Shown: positions 32,684-40,364 of the stretch, one piece after another | Position numbering within the stretch: the stretch's first letter is position 1 | Layout: every line of letters begins with the position of its first letter | Source: an uncultured Desulfohalobiaceae bacterium | GTDB taxonomy: Bacteria; Desulfobacterota; Desulfovibrionia; Desulfovibrionales; CAZUBS01 | NCBI GenBank assembly: GCA_964594925.1 | Contig: CAZQOG010000002.1 | Location: forward strand, 389 to 64,388 | Reading direction: 5' to 3' | DNA length: 64,000 bases | Position numbers and translations under genes: made by a program | Notes under the pieces: model-generated | Databases searched by the model: none | What the model saw: only the letters and a program-made list of their open reading frames with translations | What the model was told of the DNA's origin: nothing

Positions 32684-34604
32684 AACGCATTCCTCCACGT
32701 TTGAAAGGTTCCTGACAGTCCTGCTGGATCAGTTCCACCACCTCGTCGAGGCTCCGCGACCCCAGGTTTTTTCCATCCCGGAGCCGGACGTTCACCGTCG
32801 CAGCCTCGACCTCCTTCTCACCGACCACAAGCATGTAGGGGACCTTCTCAAGCTGGGCCTCGCGAACCTTGTAGCCCAGCTTCTCGTTGCGCAGGTCGGC
32901 CTCCGCCCGGATGCCGGCATTTTTGAGCACGCCAAGACACTTCTCGGCGTACTTGTTGTGGGCATCGGTGATGGTCAGCACCCTGACCTGCTCCGGAGCC
33001 AGCCACGTGGGAAAGGCCCCGGCGTAGTGCTCGATCAGGATGCCCAGGAAACGCTCCAGAGAGCCGAAGATGACCCGGTGGAGCATTGCAGGGCGGTGGC
33101 GTTCGCCGTCCTGGCCCACGTATACCAAATCAAAACGCTCTGGCAAGGTGAAATCACACTGGATCGTGGAACATTGCCAGCGGCGGTGGAGCGCATCCTT
33201 GAGGATGACGTCGATCTTGGGCCCGTAAAAGGCGCCGTCGCCCTGATTGATCTCATAGGGCAGCCCCTCGCCCTCCAGGGCGCTGGTCAGGGCTGCGGTG
33301 GCCCGTTCCCAGTCCTGATCGGAACCAATGGCCTTTTCCGGACGGGTGGAGATCTCCAGCTCGTACTCGAAGCCGAACAGCCGGGTCATGTCGGCGACGA
33401 AGCGCAGGATGCCGACGATCTCCTCCTGGAGCTGGTCCGGGCGGCAGATGAGGTGGGCATCGTCCTGGGTGAACTGGCGTACCCGCAAAAGCCCGTGCAG
33501 CACGCCCGACTTTTCGTGCCGGTGCACCGTTCCCAGCTCGAAGTACCTGACAGGCAGGTCGCGGTAGCTGCGGACCCGGGACTTGTAGATGATCATGTGG
33601 GCCAGGCAGTTCATGGGTTTGATGCCGTAGGCCTGGTCATCGATCTCGGTGAAGTACATGTTCTCGCGGTAGTTCTCGTAGTGGCCGGAGCGCTCCCACA
33701 GCTCGCGCTTGAGCATCTGCGGCCCCTGGACGATCTGGTAGCCGCGCCTGAGATGCTCCTTCTTTTCGAAGTCCTCCAGGATGGTGCGCACCAGGGCGCC
33801 TTTTGGGTGGTAGAAGACCATGCCCGGGCCGGCTTCCTCGGAGAAGCTGAACAGGTCGAGCTGGGGGCCCAGCCTGCGGTGGTCACGGCGCTTGGCCTCC
33901 TCCAGCCGCTCCAGGTACTGCTTGAGGTCCTTGGGGGAGGGCCAGGCCGTGCCGTAGATGCGCTGCAGCATGGGATTTTCTTCGTCCCCCCGCCAGTAGG
34001 CCCCGGCCACCGAGGTCAGCTTGAAGGCCTTGATGAAGCGGGTGCTGGGCACATGGGGCCCCCGGCACAGGTCCACGAAGTCGCCGTGGGAGTAAAGCGA
34101 GACCGTGTCGTCCTCCACCTGGTCCAGGAGCTCGAGCTTGTAATCTTCCCCCATGTCCTGAAAAATTCTGCGGGCCTCTTCCTTGGGGACCTCGCGCCTG
34201 ACAAAGGTCTCGTCCCGGCCCACAGACCTGGCCATCTCCTTTTCAATGGCCTCCAGGTCCTCGGGTGTGAAGGGGCGCTCGTAGTCGAAGTCGTAGTAGA
34301 AGCCGTTCTCGATGTCCGGTCCGATGGTGACCTTGGCCGAAGGGAAGAGGTGTTTGACCGCCTCGGCCATGAGGTGTGCCGCGCTGTGGCGCAGGATGGA
34401 CAGGCCTTCCGGGGAGTCCTCGGTCACGGGCTCCAGGTTCAGGCAGGTGGCGGGCACGGGGCTGTCCAGGTCATAGACCCGGCCGTTGCACCGGCAGGCC
34501 ACGGTCTGCTTGCGCTTCTTGCCGCTGAGGACCTTGGACAGCACCTCCCCGAAGGACTCTTCGGGCCCAGCATCGACTTGTGTGTCGTCAACCATAACCT
34601 GCAA
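32667..34604 (-). CDS. thrS: threonine--tRNA ligase
   Basis: ORF track 32667..34718, but codons upstream of about 34604 overlap the tRNA-Val gene and its terminator. TTG 34604 lies 6 nt after GGAGGGA and gives M-Q-VMVDD, parallel to E. coli MP-VITLPD. ATG 34595 is an alternative. Class-II motifs and the HxxxH/CxxxH editing region are present. Confidence 0.93.
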   Translation of the reverse strand: MQVMVDDTQVDAGPEESFGEVLSKVLSGKKRKQTVACRCNGRVYDLDSPVPATCLNLEPVTEDSPEGLSILRHSAAHLMAEAVKHLFPSAKVTIGPDIENGFYYDFDYERPFTPEDLEAIEKEMARSVGRDETFVRREVPKEEARRIFQDMGEDYKLELLDQVEDDTVSLYSHGDFVDLCRGPHVPSTRFIKAFKLTSVAGAYWRGDEENPMLQRIYGTAWPSPKDLKQYLERLEEAKRRDHRRLGPQLDLFSFSEEAGPGMVFYHPKGALVRTILEDFEKKEHLRRGYQIVQGPQMLKRELWERSGHYENYRENMYFTEIDDQAYGIKPMNCLAHMIIYKSRVRSYRDLPVRYFELGTVHRHEKSGVLHGLLRVRQFTQDDAHLICRPDQLQEEIVGILRFVADMTRLFGFEYELEISTRPEKAIGSDQDWERATAALTSALEGEGLPYEINQGDGAFYGPKIDVILKDALHRRWQCSTIQCDFTLPERFDLVYVGQDGERHRPAMLHRVIFGSLERFLGILIEHYAGAFPTWLAPEQVRVLTITDAHNKYAEKCLGVLKNAGIRAEADLRNEKLGYKVREAQLEKVPYMLVVGEKEVEAATVNVRLRDGKNLGSRSLDEVVELIQQDCQEPFKRGGMRYSFTY

Positions 34605-34621
34605 AAGCGTTCCCTCCCCAA

Positions 34622-34659
34622 ACCAAACACAACAAAAGAAGGGAGGCCATGGCCTCCCC
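34622..34659 (-). terminator. intrinsic terminator after tRNA-Val
   Basis: Minus strand reads GGGGAGGCCATGGCCTCCC followed by TTCTTTTGTTGTGTTTGGTTT, starting 15 nt after the tRNA 3' end. Confidence 0.7.
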
Positions 34660-34673
34660 GAAAGATCCCAAGA

Positions 34674-34748
34674 TGGTAGGCGCGAGGAGATTTGAACTCC
34701 TGACCCCTTGCGCGTCAAGCAAGTGCTCTCCCCCTGAGCTACGCGCCT
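34674..34748 (-). tRNA. tRNA-Val (anticodon GAC), CCA encoded
   Basis: Hand-folded cloverleaf: AGGCGCG-TA-GCTC-AGGGGGA-GAGC-A-CTTGC-TTGACGC-GCAAG-GGGTC-AGGAG-TTCAAAT-CTCCT-CGCGCCT-A-CCA, 75 nt. Confidence 0.93.
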
Positions 34749-34763
34749 ACAATAAGGCTCGGA

Positions 34764-34792
34764 TACCTAGCACCGAGGCCACGGCCTGTCAA
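34764..34792 (-). promoter_or_regulatory. candidate sigma70 promoter of tRNA-Val
   Basis: Minus strand reads TTGACA (34792-34787), 17-nt spacer, TAGGTA (34769-34764). This puts a start a few nt before the mature tRNA 5' end (34748). Confidence 0.5.
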
Positions 34793-35109
34793 CATGCTGC
34801 CAGACAGAATGCACAGCTTCACGAGGCAGGTCAATGGGGGCTGGAAGATGGAGAGGCGTGGGTGTTGCCTGCTGTAATGAAGAGGAGATCGTGGGGATTG
34901 GGCCGGATCGGTGCGGGTTGAGTCCGTCGACATCCGGGGGCATGGGTCACGTTTGCATGTTTGAAAAGCTGGGCTTGAGGACATCGGGTCCGTGCTCCTT
35001 GGCCGGGGAGCCGGTGAATGTGCCTGGACCAGGAACTTTATAAGGACCAAAGCGTTTTCGGCTCCGGCCAGGGGAGAAAAAGGGATTGCGGGAAAAGTTA
35101 GTCAACCCT

Positions 35110-35127
35110 AATAAATTTTTATTGACA
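35110..35127 (+). promoter_or_regulatory. AT-rich palindrome overlapping a TTGACA -35-like hexamer upstream of feoA (candidate Fur-type operator/promoter)
   Basis: AATAAA-TT-TTTATT (35110-35123) is immediately followed by, and overlaps, TTGACA (35122-35127). Flanked by GTCAA...TTGAC (35101-35126). No good -10 was found; assignment is by position next to iron-transport genes only. Confidence 0.3.
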
Positions 35128-35178
35128 GGGAAAGGGGGAGAGGGGTATCGGGTGGAACATTCTCGTGGTGGAAAGGTT

Positions 35179-35208
35179 ATTCTCTCCGACAGGGGGAGAA
35201 TTTTTTTT
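35179..35208 (+). terminator. canonical intrinsic terminator with no upstream plus-strand gene (leader attenuator or sRNA terminator)
   Basis: 9-bp stem attctctcc/ggggagaat (one G-U), 5-nt loop gacag, then a run of 8 T (35201-35208). Lies 41 nt upstream of the feoA ATG. Confidence 0.65.
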
Positions 35209-35248
35209 CAAATTGAAGTTAGGAAAAGCTAACTATTGGGGTGTGATC

Positions 35249-35500
35249 ATGACCAGAGCAATCGGATTGCGGCAACTGCCGGCGGGACAAAAGGCTGTGA
35301 TACGAACCGTGGCCGCAGGCGGGGAGCTGGGGCGTCGCATTCGGGACATGGGGCTGGTGCCCGGCACGGAGCTGACAGTGGTGGGCAGGGCACCGCTCAG
35401 GGATCCCGTAGCTCTGCGGCTCAGGGACTTTACCTTGACCCTGCGCAACAACGAGGCCGACCACATCAGCGTCGACACGGCGGGAGGAGAAAACGGATGA
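35249..35500 (+). CDS. feoA: ferrous iron transport protein A
   Basis: 83 codons from ATG 35249 (track ORF starts at GTG 35165). LRQLPAGQKAVIRTV...GRRIRDMGLVPGTELTVVGRAPLRDPVAL is the FeoA SH3-like domain. Confidence 0.9.
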   Translation: MTRAIGLRQLPAGQKAVIRTVAAGGELGRRIRDMGLVPGTELTVVGRAPLRDPVALRLRDFTLTLRNNEADHISVDTAGGENG

Positions 35501-37680
35501 GTGGAATATACACCATCGCACTGGCCGGAAACCCCAACTCGGGCAAGACAACAATGTTCAACGGGCTGACAGGGGCCCGCCAGCGGGTGGGCAACTACCC
35601 GGGTGTGACCGTGGAGAAGAAGATCGGCACTGCCACGTTGGAGGGAGCTTCGCTGCACATTGTGGACCTGCCCGGGACCTACTCGCTGACAGCCTACTCC
35701 CAGGAAGAGCTGGTGGCCCGGAACTTCCTGGTGGAAGAGCGGCCCCAGGTGGTGGTGGACATCCTGGATGCAACCTCTCTGGAGCGCAACCTTTATCTGG
35801 CCGTGCAGTTCCTGGAGCTGGGCGTTCCTCTGGTCCTGGCCCTGAACATGATGGACGAAGTGGCCAAACAGGGCAAGCGCATCGATTCGGCCAGGCTGTC
35901 CGAGCTGATGCAGGTCCCTGTGGTGGAGACCGTGGCCAGGCAGGGCAAGGGCAAGCAGGAGCTGCTCAAGGCGGCCGTTGCGTATGCATCGGCCAGGAGC
36001 GGGGACTGGACGCCTCTTGCCATTTCCTACGGTCCGGATCTGGACCCTGTGCTCCAGGACATGGCGGACCGCATCACCATGGAGCGGTTTCTCGCAGACC
36101 ACTATCCTGCCAGATGGGTGGCCCTGAAGTACCTGGAACGGGATGCGGAGGTCATGCGGCTGGGTGAGGCCCGGCACGAGGCTCTGCATCTGGAGCTGCA
36201 GGCCAGGGCCGACGAGGTGGCCGCGCATTGCCGCAAGACCCTGGACACCCACCCCGAGGCCGTCATCGCCGACTACCGGTACGGCTACATCGCCTCCGTG
36301 CTCAAGCAGGGCGTGATAACCGGAGGCGCCGTCACCGACCGGATCAGGCTCTCGGACCGCATCGACCAGGTGGTGACCCACCAGTTGCTGGGGCCAGCGA
36401 TCATGCTGCTGGTGGTCTACGCCATGTTCAAGGCCACCTTCACCATCGGCGAGATCCCCATGGGCTGGCTGGAGGGACTGTTCGGCTGGATGGGGGGGGC
36501 GGCCACGGCACTGATCCCGGCGGGACTGATCCAATCACTGGTGGTCTCCGGCATTATCGACGGCGTGGGAGGAGTGCTCGGGTTCGTCCCGCTCATCTTT
36601 GTCATGTTCCTGTTTCTCTCCTTTCTGGAGGACTCCGGGTATACGGCGCGCATGGCCTACATGCTGGACCGGGTGCTTAGGCTCTTCGGGCTGCACGGTT
36701 GCTCGGTCATGCCCTTCATCGTCTCCGGCGGCATCCCGGGCGGCTGCGCCGTGCCCGGGATAATGGCCACCAGGACGCTGCGCAGTCCCAAAGAGAAGCT
36801 GGCCACCCTGCTCACCGCCCCCTTTCTGACCTGCGGGGCCAAGGTGCCGGTATTTTTGCTTCTGGCCGCGGCCTTTTTTCCGGGTTCGGCCGCCTCGGTC
36901 ATGTTCTGGATCACCCTGGGCGGCTGGGCCATGGTCCTGCTGGTGGCCAGGCTGCTCAGGTCCACCGTGATCAAAGGGGAGTCCACGCCGTTCGTCATGG
37001 AGCTGCCGCCTTACCGGCTGCCCACCCTGCGCGGCGTGTTGACCCACACCTGGGAGCGTTCCTGGCAGTACATAAGAAAAGCGGGAACCGTGATCCTGGC
37101 CATCGCCATCCTGCTCTGGGCGGCCATGACTTTTCCCGGACTGCCCGAAGAGCAGGCTGCACGGTTCGACGCGCAGCGGGCCCAAGTGAAAGCCGCTGTT
37201 GGCACCGGTTTGAGTGATGCGGAGCAGGCGGTACTTGAAGAGCGTCTGGAAGCCATCGACAATGCCGAAGGCCAGGCCGCACTCAAACACTCCGTGGCCG
37301 GACGAGTCGGCACCGGGCTGGAAGGGGTGACCCAATGGGCCGGATTCGACTGGAGGACCAACATCGCCCTGGTGGGCGGGTTCGCGGCCAAGGAGGTCAT
37401 CGTGGCCAGCCTGGGCACGGCCTACTCCTTGGGAGAGGTGGACCCGGAGGAACCGGCATCCCTGTCCCAGCGTCTGGCCAGCGACCCGCAGTGGACCGCG
37501 GTCACCGCCCTGAGCCTGATCGTGTTCGTCATGCTCTATGCCCCCTGCTTCGTGACCGTGGTGGCCATGGCCAGGGAGTCTTCCTGGCGCTGGGCTTTGT
37601 TCTCCACCTGCTTCAACACGGTGCTGGCCTTTGTGCTGGCCGTGGCGGTCTATCAGGTGGGAACCCGTTTGATCACCTAG
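35497..37680 (+). CDS. feoB: ferrous iron transport protein B
   Basis: ATG 35497 overlaps the feoA stop (ATGA). G-domain IALAGNPNSGKTTMFNGLTG...VDLPGTYSL, followed by the polytopic membrane domain. Confidence 0.95.
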   Translation: MSGIYTIALAGNPNSGKTTMFNGLTGARQRVGNYPGVTVEKKIGTATLEGASLHIVDLPGTYSLTAYSQEELVARNFLVEERPQVVVDILDATSLERNLYLAVQFLELGVPLVLALNMMDEVAKQGKRIDSARLSELMQVPVVETVARQGKGKQELLKAAVAYASARSGDWTPLAISYGPDLDPVLQDMADRITMERFLADHYPARWVALKYLERDAEVMRLGEARHEALHLELQARADEVAAHCRKTLDTHPEAVIADYRYGYIASVLKQGVITGGAVTDRIRLSDRIDQVVTHQLLGPAIMLLVVYAMFKATFTIGEIPMGWLEGLFGWMGGAATALIPAGLIQSLVVSGIIDGVGGVLGFVPLIFVMFLFLSFLEDSGYTARMAYMLDRVLRLFGLHGCSVMPFIVSGGIPGGCAVPGIMATRTLRSPKEKLATLLTAPFLTCGAKVPVFLLLAAAFFPGSAASVMFWITLGGWAMVLLVARLLRSTVIKGESTPFVMELPPYRLPTLRGVLTHTWERSWQYIRKAGTVILAIAILLWAAMTFPGLPEEQAARFDAQRAQVKAAVGTGLSDAEQAVLEERLEAIDNAEGQAALKHSVAGRVGTGLEGVTQWAGFDWRTNIALVGGFAAKEVIVASLGTAYSLGEVDPEEPASLSQRLASDPQWTAVTALSLIVFVMLYAPCFVTVVAMARESSWRWALFSTCFNTVLAFVLAVAVYQVGTRLIT

Positions 37681-37704
37681 TGTGGGTGTTCCCCGGAGAT
37701 GATT

Positions 37705-37884
37705 ATGCGTGCACAAAAGAAGACCGTGGTTCAGACCGATCGGCCCATGATCACAGGAGCGGTGAATATACCCTCCAGGAAAAAGTTTTTCAGAAGTATC
37801 AGGATTTCGATTCTCGGATCCTTAGCAGATGGAGATGGGCAGTCAGAACTCCAAGGCTCCGATGACGTGCCGGCCCTCGAATAG
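37705..37884 (+). CDS. hypothetical small protein downstream of feoB (weak call)
   Basis: ORF track 37699..37884. GGAG lies 6 nt before ATG 37705. Basic N-half and acidic C-tail, visibly lower GC than neighbours, no recognisable family. Confidence 0.3.
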   Translation: MRAQKKTVVQTDRPMITGAVNIPSRKKFFRSIRISILGSLADGDGQSELQGSDDVPALE

Positions 37885-37889
37885 AGCGG

Positions 37890-38834
37890 TCAGAGGCTGG
37901 TCCAGAAAAGAAGCGCACCCAGTCCGAAGATGGCCACAGAGCCCAGCAGGGCCAGGGTGAAGTGGACCATGGTCAGGGCCTGCTCGTGTCCGGCCAGGCT
38001 GCGGTAGAGGCCCTTGCGGGCCTGGATGGTGGCCAGGGCGAACAAGGAGGTGGTCAGGCCCATGCCCAGACCGATTGCGGCCATGGCCAGCAGGCCGGTG
38101 GCCATGATGCCCAGGCTGACGGCCGCGACCAGGATGATTCCCGCCCCGGGGCAGGGGACCAGCCCGATGCTGCAGGCGGTCAGGATCAGTCCCCGATTGT
38201 CCTCAGGTCCGGAATGCCTCTCGGTGCCGTCGTGGCTTGCCCTGTCCTGCAGCCGGCCCCGCAGCCCGAGGAAGGATTTGACCAGCAGGAACAGGCCGAT
38301 CAGGGCCAGCAGCCCGTAGCTGGCCGTCTCCAGGCGGGGGCCCATGTCGTCCAGGGTCAAAGCCCCGGAGGTGCGAAGCACGAAGTACCCCAGGCAGACC
38401 AGCACCGTTGCGGACAGGACGTGGGAGAACATGGTCAGGAAACCGAATGCCACCCCCTTGGAGAGGCTGCCGGGCCGGTTCAAAAAGTAGGAGCAGACAA
38501 AGAGCTTGCCGTGGCCCGGTCCCAGGGCGTGGACCACGCCGTAGGCAAAGGCGCTGAGCATGAACAGCCAGAAAGAGCGCCCCAGGGGGTGCTCCCGGAT
38601 GTCCCGGCCCAGGCTGACAAGGCTCTGCCTGAGCTGAAGCTGGACCCTGGCTGTGGTGTCCATGAGCGGCCGGAAGACCTTGGGATAGCCGACCACGCTT
38701 CTTGGCGCGGTTGCGTTGGATGAGTCCCCTGCCCCCAAAAAAGGGTTTTTGGCAGCAAGAGACGGCATGGGGCCACCTGTCCAGAGCATCAGGGCCAGAC
38801 CTGTCAGCCACAAAAGAAACTGGAAGCGGGTCAT
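37890..38834 (-). CDS. nickel/cobalt transporter, NicO/RcnA-like permease
   Basis: ORF track 37890..38966, trimmed to ATG 38834 (ATGA overlap with the DUF1007 gene). Signature VVHALGPGHGK and a second half-repeat with CPGAG. Confidence 0.75.
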   Translation of the reverse strand: MTRFQFLLWLTGLALMLWTGGPMPSLAAKNPFLGAGDSSNATAPRSVVGYPKVFRPLMDTTARVQLQLRQSLVSLGRDIREHPLGRSFWLFMLSAFAYGVVHALGPGHGKLFVCSYFLNRPGSLSKGVAFGFLTMFSHVLSATVLVCLGYFVLRTSGALTLDDMGPRLETASYGLLALIGLFLLVKSFLGLRGRLQDRASHDGTERHSGPEDNRGLILTACSIGLVPCPGAGIILVAAVSLGIMATGLLAMAAIGLGMGLTTSLFALATIQARKGLYRSLAGHEQALTMVHFTLALLGSVAIFGLGALLFWTSL

Positions 38835-39595
38835 TTGATGCGAAACTTGAGAACAAAGGCCTCGGGTGTGATCTGCTCGAAAAAGTAGGCCATTTCCGGT
38901 GCTCTCTTCACCCGGGTGGCAATTTCGAAGCCGTCTGCCGCCCCCTCGACCCTGACTTCCCCACAAAAGTCCTGCAACCCCACGGCATCGGAGAACCTGG
39001 CAAAGTCATCCGGAGAGGGGCCGGCTGCAGGGTCGCCGTACAGCGGGTCCGAAGAGGGGTCGAGCGATTCGCCGTATTCCTGGGCGTAGGCCACAAAGGT
39101 GTAAAAGGTCTCGTCATAGACTGCGGCCTTGATTTCCTTTGACTGGGTGTCCGCAGTGACGTGGCAGGGAACAAAGAATTGGTAGACCAATACCCCCTCT
39201 TCCAGTGCGGCGGAAAAGTCAGTGATCCACCGGGCCTTGAACGGGTCACCGTTGATGTGCGCGTGGGTGTAGTAGTGAAACTCCCGGAAGCCTTCCTTGA
39301 AGAGGGTCTCGATCTCGGCGGCCTCCTGCTTCCTCAAGGCGGCGTTGCGGTCCTTGTCCACCACGTCCAGGATGGACAGGGTGGTCATTTCGTCCAGGGT
39401 CCACTGCTGGCGGAACCCCGCCAGGCCCTGGTCGTCGAAGACAAAGGAGAATGTGCACTCCACAAAGGCGTGGGGATGGGGTCGGCCGGCCTGTGGGGCG
39501 AGGAAAACAAAGAGCACCACGGTTGCTGCAACTTCCAAGAGCAGGAAGGCCGTGCTCTGGTGCACCTTGAACCGGCGGGGCTGGAAAAAAGCCAT
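38831..39595 (-). CDS. DUF1007-family periplasmic protein (usual partner of NicO-type permeases)
   Basis: 254-aa ORF behind AGGAG. Signal-like N-terminus, then HPHAFVECTFSFVFDDQGLAGFRQQWTLDEMTT, typical of DUF1007. Confidence 0.7.
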   Translation of the reverse strand: MAFFQPRRFKVHQSTAFLLLEVAATVVLFVFLAPQAGRPHPHAFVECTFSFVFDDQGLAGFRQQWTLDEMTTLSILDVVDKDRNAALRKQEAAEIETLFKEGFREFHYYTHAHINGDPFKARWITDFSAALEEGVLVYQFFVPCHVTADTQSKEIKAAVYDETFYTFVAYAQEYGESLDPSSDPLYGDPAAGPSPDDFARFSDAVGLQDFCGEVRVEGAADGFEIATRVKRAPEMAYFFEQITPEAFVLKFRIK

Positions 39596-39604
39596 GGGGT
39601 CTCC

Positions 39605-39853
39605 TCAGGCAAAAAAGTCCCGCACCGTCTTCTCCACCAACGACCAGGGGATGAGCAGGGGCTTTTTGATGATCTCGATGTTCACCTCACCATCCCCGAT
39701 GGTGTAGGATCCAACCACGCCCATGGCGGTGAACCGGCCCTGGCTGGCGTCGCCATTGAAAGAGGCGTTCTTTTCCCCGGCCTTCTGTCTGGCCTGGGCC
39801 ACCAACTCCACAGGGTCCTTGTTCAGGGGGGCGGTGATGGTCTTTTTGCTCAT
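39605..39853 (-). CDS. small conserved hypothetical protein (pattern reminiscent of PHA_gran_rgn/TIGR02610 proteins)
   Basis: 82-aa ORF, co-directional and 9 nt upstream of the DUF1007 gene. ...GRFTAMGVVGSYTIGDGEVNIEIIKKPLLIPWSLVEKTVRDFF. Family guess is from memory only. Confidence 0.4.
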   Translation of the reverse strand: MSKKTITAPLNKDPVELVAQARQKAGEKNASFNGDASQGRFTAMGVVGSYTIGDGEVNIEIIKKPLLIPWSLVEKTVRDFFA

Positions 39854-40012
39854 AAGGTGGGGGGATGCATGGTTGTGTTCCCTGGAGATCCCTGTCTATC
39901 ATGGTCGGGTGCCCGGGAAAAGTGGAAGCTGCAGCCAGGAAAGCTCAGTCTTCTGTTGAAAAAACCATGCAGCAGGTCGTTCAATTTTTTCCGGCCTGTC
40001 AAGGAGTCGGTC

Positions 40013-40216
40013 ATGAAAACTGTCAAAGTCAAGGGCATGTCCTGCATGCACTGCGTCAACTCCGTGGTGGAGGCCTTGAGCGCCCTGGAGGGCGTGGGGG
40101 ACGTGAAGGTCGATCTCAGCAGCGGGGAAGCCCAACTGGAGGAGATCAGGCCGGTGGACCAGGAGGAGATCAGAAAAGCCGTCGAGCAGATCGGCTTCGA
40201 GGTGGAGGAGGAGTAG
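40013..40216 (+). CDS. copZ: heavy-metal-associated copper chaperone
   Basis: 67 codons behind AAGGAG, embedded in track ORF 39161..40216. MKTVKVKGMSCMHCVNSVVEAL carries the GMxCxxC HMA motif. Confidence 0.9.
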   Translation: MKTVKVKGMSCMHCVNSVVEALSALEGVGDVKVDLSSGEAQLEEIRPVDQEEIRKAVEQIGFEVEEE

Positions 40217-40219
40217 GGT

Positions 40220-40364
40220 GAAGAAGCTGAAAGATGAAGAAGCTGAAAGCTGAAAGCAAGAGTTCGAAAGGCGAAAAGACGGGAAAAGCGGCAGATGAAA
40301 ATATGCTTTGGCTCTTCTCTTTGCCTTTACTTTGAGCTTTGAGCTTTGAGCTTCGAGCTTCTTG
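40220..40364. repeat. inverted heptad arrays between convergent copZ and copA
   Basis: Left 40220-40270: gaagaagctgaaa gat gaagaagctgaaa gctgaaa gcaagag ttcgaaa gg. Right 40324-40364: cctttac tttgagc tttgagc tttgagc ttcgagc ttcttg. Arms pair at about 6 of 7 per unit. The right arm lies inside the 3' end of copA. Confidence 0.85.

Noticed and set aside
34605-34718. N-terminal 38-codon extension of thrS given by the ORF track
   Set aside because: It overlaps the tRNA-Val gene and its terminator on the same strand. A TTG or ATG with a strong SD lies downstream and matches the usual ThrRS N-terminus.
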